A stretch of 64,000 bases of DNA from the human T2T-CHM13v2.0 reference genome, Homo sapiens, in NCBI RefSeq assembly GCF_009914755.1, contig NC_060944.1. One strand, 5' to 3'. Position 1 is the first letter of the stretch, and each line of letters opens with the position of its first letter. Position numbers and translations under genes: made by a program. Shown piece after piece: positions 55,376 through 64,000 of the stretch. The notes under the pieces are model-generated. The model was not told the origin of the DNA, made no database searches, and was given only the letters and a program-made list of their open reading frames with translations.

Positions 55376-55599
55376 TGGGCCCAGCTGACTCCAAGTTGAC
55401 TGCACTTATCAGCAGGTATACAGGACAGGTTCCACACTTTGGGGCCCCACTTGGATTCACATAAAGCAGCACAGTCCCAGGCACAGAGCTCAGAGGGAGA
55501 TAACTTTTGGCTCCAGCAATATTCATCATAAAAGAGGGCACATTCTTCTTTGCATCTGCATGGATAGGAAAGGTCTGGGTATCCTCTGCATGGTTATTA

Positions 55600-56900
55600 A
55601 TTACAAAATAGATTTCACATGTGTTTTCACGAGGCTGCGATTTCACAATTGCATCTTAGAATGTGCCTTCAGAGCTCTGAGAGCTCCTGGGCGTCTTGTC
55701 TTTGTATCATTTGGCTCCTCGTACTAAAAGCCACATCCTGTTATGTTTGGTTGCTAGGTGGAGAAATGTTATCATGGGCTTCAGCAATAATTTATCCACA
55801 AGCTCAAGGAGTTGTCATGTTCTCCTGACAGTGAGCTGCAGCACTTTATCAGCTCGCCTGTAAATCAGGCGTGTGTGGGTGCGAATGCCAGCACTGTTTG
55901 ATCTCTCGCAGACACTGTAATAATCTGCTTTTGTCTGATTGATTCCTTCACATCACCATGCACATTGCAACAGAGAGTGGGTGCCCTCTGTTTATCTCGG
56001 CTGGTCATCTGCAGGAGGCCAACAGGGCAGAAAATGCTCTTCGTGCGGAGATGTAAGAGTTTTTGGAATTGGGGCCTTTCCATCATATCCCCGAGCTGGT
56101 TTCGTTCAATAAATCAATGATAGCTGAATTGAATGCACCATAAATACCTCAAACCATATCTCTTACAAGAATGTAAGAGTAATTCATAGAAACAGGAAAG
56201 GTAACTTTGTGAGAAAGAATTACGACCCCTACAAGCCACAGACATTCAGGGCTTTTTACTGCCTGTGTTCACATCTCACCCGTTGAACTTTGGGGGAAAA
56301 AGAATACACTGCTGGCGGGTGTTTGCTTCCAGAACGTGCACCGGGTAAAATGGAGTAGAACAGATCCTGTCGAGACTGATCACTGCTTTTCATCTGACAC
56401 CGAGCTTTTCTCAATTTCTGTTGGCTTCTGTTACATGTGGTCCGACTTCATCCCTGGTGTCAAGGGATGCATCGCATCATCATTATGGAGCAATTTGGAC
56501 TCTGTCATTTGGTGGTTTATGAGTCGCCCTTTTGCCACCCCCACACCAGGCCCACCCTTACGTGAGGATTGTCAGCCTTTCTGATGCTTTAAATGTCTTC
56601 CCATCAGGCAAGCCTAGTCCCTGTTTCCTGGGCTCCTAATTGCTGACAGGTAGTTTGGGGCACATTTTGGCATCTCCAGCCCCCAGGAGTTGGGCTGAAA
56701 TCCGTGAGCTGATTACTGCCTTGAGCATGGCAGCAGCTTGCTGTGCTGTGACCCAGGAGCCATCCCCAGCGTCCACGCCTGCCCCAGTTGAAAGCAGAGG
56801 TCAAGCTGTATTGTAGATGTGATTGACTAAAATCCCATCGGAGAGGAGGATTGTGTTGTAGCATCCCCCTCTTGGATGGCGGCAAGATGAAATTACATGA
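55600..56900. promoter_or_regulatory. Candidate developmental enhancer (PBX-HOX/MEIS motifs, CpG-retaining)
   Basis: Repeat-free; about 29 CpGs by eye; TGATTGAT, TGATTTAT, TGATTTAC, TGATTGAC and several TGACAG sites. Confidence 0.45.
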
Positions 56901-57121
56901 AGAAGCCTTTCAGCTCAGAAATGAATGTAGCTATAAAAAAAAAAAAATAAAGACAGCTTGAGTTGACTGTTTAGTGCAATCAAAGGCATGCAATTGTTCT
57001 TATTTTCATAATGGTAGTCAATAATATTAATGATTATTTATTCCACTCCTATTGTGTGCTCAGACATATTTCAGTCACCTGATAGACATTATTAGAAACA
57101 GTCTACATTAGTGGTTAGAGC

Positions 57122-57345
57122 ACAAGTAGGCAAACCACAGCCAGTGGGCCAAATCCAGCCAGCCACCTGTTTTTGTCAGTAAAGTTTTATTAGAACACAT
57201 CCACACTCATTTATTTAGATATCATCTATGACTGCTTTTCCCTACAACAGCAGAATTGAATATTTGTAACAGAGACTGTGTGGCCTGCAAAGGTGAAAAT
57301 ACTATCTGGCGACCATTTAAAAAAACATTTGTTGTTGACACTTGA
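57122..57345 (+). mobile_element. MER58A inside a MIR
   Basis: gggccaaatccagccagccacctgtttttg..taaagttttattagaacac. Confidence 0.85.
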
Positions 57346-57484
57346 GTTAGAGGATTGCTTTGGTGCTAGACTGCCTGTTCAAACCCTGGCTTTACCACTT
57401 AACAGCTGTGAGACATTGGGCAAGTTACATAACCTCTTTAAACCTTGGTTTTCTTTCATGTAAAATGGAGATTATAATAATGTT

Positions 57485-57825
<341 letters not shown>

Positions 57826-57855
57826 TCATTGAGTTGTTGTTGGTGTAATGAGCAC

Positions 57856-58229
57856 TGCTATGGTTTGAATCTGTCTCCCAGAAGTTCATGCGTTGGAAAC
57901 CTAATCCCCAAATTTATGTTGATAGTATTTGGAGGCAGGGCCTTTGGATGGTAATCAGGATTAGATGAGGTTATCAGGGTGGGGCCCCATTGAGAGGACT
58001 AGTAGCTTTATAAGAAGAGGAAGAGAGACCTGAGTTGACATACTCTTGCCCTCTTGCTGTGTGATGCCCTCCACCATGTTATGACACAGTAAGAAGGGCC
58101 TCACTAGATGCCAGTGATGTGCTCTTACACTTCCCAGCCTCCAGAAACATAAGCCATATAGACTTCTATTCTTTATAAATCACCCACTCTGTAGTATTCT
58201 GTTATAGCAACAGAAAATGGACTAAGAAA
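57856..58229 (+). mobile_element. MSTC/MSTD-like solo LTR
   Basis: tgctatggtttgaat...ataagaagaggaagagagacctgag...gttatagcaacagaaaatggactaag. Confidence 0.85.
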
Positions 58230-58747
58230 ATGGACAAATATGTTAGCCATAACTCAACTGGTAACAATATTCTCTCTGAACATCCTGTTATTTGTTCTCT
58301 TGTGCCCACTCTGAGCAGATACATCTGTTCTTCACCTGCCATTTAGGTGCTGATGTCTTGCATGTTTTGTGCCTGTGCATTTGCTTGCATGAATTTATGG
58401 GAGTGGACATGTGCAGCCCAGAACATTTGAGAAAGATCAGGGCAGAGTTACAGGCTTCATAAACCATGATGCTTTTACAGGTACTTTAAATATATTCCCA
58501 ACGTTATTTGAAGGGTTTATTCCAAAGTCTGCACAAAATCCTCTTAGTCTGACTGTTCAAATTAGAATGATAGTGACCTCAGTGGCGTTACAGGATGATT
58601 TACAACATATTTGAGAGTACATATTTGCTCTTCACAATTTTAAGAGGGCTTAGACCTAGTTTTAAAAAATTGAAGGTTAAGTCGCCTATGTGAAACCTTC
58701 AACTCCTGAAAACTGGATTTTGAAATCCATGATTTTATACTCTATCA

Positions 58748-59680
<933 letters not shown>

Positions 59681-59951
59681 CACCTCTATCTTTAAAAGCT
59701 CATATTTAGTACTTGTCCTCAGTTCCTTATGGGTATTAATTTATTAATCCTAACAAGGATCTTAGGTGGTAGTTGATAGCTTCATCATTGGCTTTTATAG
59801 GTGAAAAGTTGAGGGATAAGGAGGTTAAATAATTTGCCCAAGATCCACAGAGCTTCAACTCAGCCTATCTGGTCCCAGAGCTAGTACACTGAGGCACCAT
59901 TCTATACTGTCTCCTTTAGTCTTAGTGTACATAGTGCTATTCTTTATATGA

Positions 59952-60263
<312 letters not shown>

Positions 60264-60467
60264 AAAAATTGTCCTTGCTTTTAAATTTCGTTTGTGTGTC
60301 TGTAAGGACTCCTTTATGGAAGACAGTTTTAAAACAATTTCTCCCATCCCTAGTTGTGTTTGTAACCAAAAGAGAGAACACTCTATCTTTATGGATACTA
60401 ATGGGTTGGGGTCACTATTTTTCAATGAATGGGTACTTGAGTCCGCCAAATCCTTGCCACTCAAAAT

Positions 60468-60945
60468 GTGGTCAGCTTTTGTGGGCTTGCAACCAGCGCA
60501 GAGTCCTGCACTTGGAAGTGGCTGCATGCTTGAGGTTTAATGCTCTGTGGTTGCCACCTTGAGATTTGTAATTCTATGTTTATTTGTGTTTTGTAAGTGA
60601 CATCCAAAGGGACATTACTTGTGCCCGGAACTTGGAGCCTCAGCTCACGTTAGTTCCTGCCTTCTGCTCCCTGTCCACTCCCTGGATGGCTTCTTGGCTC
60701 CCCACTTCCTGACACTGTCCAGTGACGGCTGCTGCCCTCTGTCTTGATGGGGCCTCACTCCAGTGAACTTATCTCATGAGCATCCCTGTGTCCAAGAAAG
60801 AACAACATTACAAAGCAAATTAGAAAACACCAAGGCAGATGGAGAGAGAGACCACAAAGAAACATTTCTAAAAATTGCTTTTTGAATAAAGGGGCCAGCA
60901 TTTTTTAGTCTACACTGAGCCTCACAAATTATGTAGTCGGTCCTG
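60468..60945 (+). mobile_element. MER45-family (hAT-Tip100) element inserted in a MER5A
   Basis: ggtttaatgctctgtggttgccaccttga...cacaaattatgtagtcggtcctg; MER5A resumes at 60950-61088. Confidence 0.75.
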
Positions 60946-61734
60946 GCTGACTCTCAACAGCAGTATTACCTGGGAGCTTGTTAAAAATGCAGAATCTCAG
61001 GCTGCACCCCAGACCTGCTGAATCAGAATCTGCATTTTTTTCCAGGATCCCCAGGTGATTCCTGTGCACATACAATTTTGAGAAACATAGCCCAAAAGAC
61101 GGCTTCCAAATGGACCAGATGATCGGATGCTTAAAAGGCATCCCAGGCAATTCTGGGGCTCAGCCACTTCTGGGATCCATAGTCCCATATGGATGTTTCC
61201 CAGACTTACCTGATGATCAGAAACCTGAGGCAAGTTTATAACAGCAGGAGCTCCCAGGCTGTCTGCTCCAATCTCTGCATCAGACTCTCTGAAGGAGGGT
61301 CCTGGGAATACATATTTTTAACAAGCACTCCAGATGACCCTTCTTAGGCAGTAAGTTTGGAAAACTCAACTCTTTATAAATGACACACGAGGACCTAGAG
61401 GCATCCCCAAACATCTAACTTGTATCCATATCTGTCACTTACCTGTAGAACCCGGCTTAACCTCACTTGTAATTTATAAGCATTTTAACTAGAGCTGCTT
61501 CATCTCAATCATCTGTGTGTTTGCAGGTCACAGTAAAGAGCTATTTCAGTGCAATGAAAATGGAACCCAGGGTATTTGGGAGTTTTGACATCCAGGCCTA
61601 GTATCGTAAAGACACCAAGGTAAAGCAAGACAACCAGGCCCCTGGAGGTTATGTCTTTGGGCAACTGCTATCAATGTTAGAGAGACTGGGGGGAAGAGAA
61701 GGAGCAATGCTTCTATCCGTCAGTAGTTACTCTG

Positions 61735-61950
61735 TGTGCATAGGTTGCTCTCAAAGACCTTGGACCACTGCGTGGTGGTGGCCCGGAAGGTCAACAGTGT
61801 ATTAGGTGACATCAGGGATGAACCGAGAAATGGTAGGGTCTCAACCTTGTACAAAACAACAGAGTATTTGGATCTGGGATGCTGAGTGCTGTGTCTGACT
61901 GTACTCCCAGGTAGACATAAAGGGGTGGAAATAAGTCCACAAGAAATGGG
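61735..61950 (+). mobile_element. CR1/L3 LINE fossil (ORF2 RT C-terminal region)
   Basis: Frame from 61766 translates HCVVVARKVNSVLGDIR...TLYKTTEYLDLGC*V, resembling CR1 QCxxxxKKANxxLGxIxR...PLYKxxVRPHLEYCV. Confidence 0.55.
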
Positions 61951-62584
61951 TCCTTTTTGTGGGAGGTACAAAGTATAGTCATCAACCAAAGTCAGACTAA
62001 AGTAGCTGGAACTTTTCTGTCCCATGCATAGACTGTGAAAGAGCAATATAGCCAAGAAACCTTATAGAAGCATGGTTTCCAAATGGACCATGCTGGTTGC
62101 GAACTCCTGAGGGAGGGAGGCCAGAGGAAGGCAAGACGAGCTATGACCTATACCCTCTAAAGGGGATCAGTGCCAGCTCAAGCTAGTTATGCATATGTTT
62201 ATGTGTATACTTATACATATATGCATGTAATATACACATATATGTAAATGTGTTATACTTTTAGTGTACACCATTATGGCCATACCATTCACAGCTTTTA
62301 CCTGCTTTGCTTGACCAAGGACCATGCAGTGCCAGTTGTTAAAATTTGTGTATACACATATAGAGAATAATTAGCTATGTTACTATATACTTACATATGA
62401 GTATATACATTGTATTACACTATATTATACAACATTATATTATTTCATATTGTACATATGTAAACATGTCCTATGTCGTTCCAAATGTCAGACTATGGCC
62501 AAAGGGCTTGACCAACTCTGGACCACCCAACAAAAAATTCCAGTTTTTTGTTGAGTAAGCAATAAATGTCCTTATGGTTTATAC

Positions 62585-62746
62585 TTGTGCTATTCAAAGT
62601 GTGGTTCTTGGATCAGCTGCATTGATATTCCCTGGGAGCCTGTTAGAAATGCACACTCTTAGGCTCCACACCAGACCTGTTGAATCAGAATCACCGTCTT
62701 AACAATCATCCCAGGTCATGCATGTGCACATTAAAATATGAGAAGT
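62585..62746 (+). mobile_element. MER5A
   Basis: tcaaagtgtggt...cctgggagcctgttagaaatgca...tgaatcagaatc. Confidence 0.85.
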
Positions 62747-63049
<303 letters not shown>

Positions 63050-63257
63050 TTAAGTAGACTAAGCCTTGTTCTTTTATTTGGGGCCTTTTCTGATGCTGTT
63101 CCTTTTCCCTGAAAACACTTATCTAGCATGCTTTGCTTTGTGCCGGAATCTAGATGCTGCAAGTTCACTCCCACTGTTGAAGGGTTTGTCTAGTGGGCCT
63201 CTTGACTTGCAAGTCAGTGCTTTTTCTTTTATTCTTAGGTAAGTATTGCAGCTCTTT

Positions 63258-63816
63258 GTGTTGGTTATCTATTACTGTGTAACAGATTACCCCCGAAATG
63301 TAGCAGCTTAAAATAACACATATTTATTATCTCATATTTATTATGGGTCAGGGATCTGGGCGCCTCTTAGTTGGGTTGTCTGCTTCATGGTCTTTCCTGA
63401 GACTGCAGTCAAGGTGTTAGCCAGAGATGGGGTCTCTTCTGAAGGCTCAGCTGGGAAGGCCCCCTTCCAAGCTCAGTCCCATGGCTTTTGGCAGGAGTCA
63501 GTTCCTCAAGACTTGTGACACTAAGGCCTCATTTCTTCACTGTCTGGCTGGTTGCTGTCCAGAAGCCACCTTCAGTTTCTTGCTAGGTGAACCCCTGCAA
63601 CATGGTAGCTTGTTTTATAAAAGTCAGCAAGGGAGAGAGTCAGTCAGCAAATGGAAGTTACAGCTTTTTAAATCAAATCGCAACAGTCAGTCATGTCTCT
63701 TTAGTGCTGTCATATTCTATTGGTAGAAGCGAGTTACTGTATGAGGGGGAATCACACAATGCTGTGAATACCAGGAAGCAGGTATCATTGAGGCCATCCT
63801 AGAGTCTGTCTGCCAC
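63258..63816 (-). mobile_element. MLT1E/F-like LTR
   Basis: tctattactgtgtaacagattaccc...gtgaataccaggaagcagg.atcattgaggccatcctagag. Confidence 0.82.
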
Positions 63817-63817
63817 A

Positions 63818-63975
63818 CCTCTCTGTGTCTCAGTTTTCTTATTTACAAAATGGAGAAATAATAAAACCCACTTTATAAAGATTGAATTAAATGTGTGGTT
63901 TAAATGAGATGATTTCTCCTAAAGCCCTTTGAATTGTTCCTGGCCTGTACTGTGTTCAAAAATGTTAGTTGTGCT
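63818..63975 (+). mobile_element. MIR
   Basis: ctctctgtgtctcagttttcttatttacaaaatggaga. Confidence 0.75.
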
Positions 63976-64000
63976 GCTCTTGTTATATTTGGCGTTTTTA

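Noticed and set aside
55600-56900. CpG-island promoter
   Set aside because: CpG density and GC content look well below island thresholds, with no GC-box cluster; better described as an enhancer candidate
61204-61250. Minus-strand 15-nt micro-exon (cctcag|GTTTCTGATCATCAG|gtaagt)
   Set aside because: Lies in the terminal sequence of a MER5-like DNA transposon relic that naturally resembles these signals; no partner exons or transcript evidence

Overview
Primate, most likely human, non-coding genomic DNA. Well over half of the window is recognisable interspersed repeats: about 18 Alus (J, S and Y types, many with intact target-site duplications, TSDs), 5'-truncated L1s from L1ME/MC to L1PA/PB, many L2 and MIR fragments, MaLR and ERVL solo LTRs, hAT and Tigger DNA-transposon relics, and one CR1/L3 fossil. 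I see no protein-coding exon, RNA gene, CpG-island promoter, processed pseudogene or CRISPR array, and I cannot name the locus. The longer ORFs in the track are Alu, L1, L2 or tandem-repeat read-throughs. I found no evidence of a new multi-gene system. The most notable items are: (1) a ~650 bp G-rich 24-bp minisatellite (22646-23293) that appears to have grown out of a motif in an old L1MC 3' end, has higher-order structure and is open on both strands; (2) an exact 30-bp copy of sequence from 1.18 kb upstream inserted in an MLT1 LTR with extra fold-back pieces, resembling a template-switch repair scar (48267); (3) several repeat-free, motif-dense islands that look like developmental enhancers, best the CpG-retaining PBX-HOX/MEIS block at about 55600-56900, plus a strong CTCF motif at about 25310; (4) Alu-tail microsatellites architecturally like known expansion loci. 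Subfamily names and boundaries of old elements come from recalled consensus sequences and are approximate (tens of bp) unless a TSD is given.
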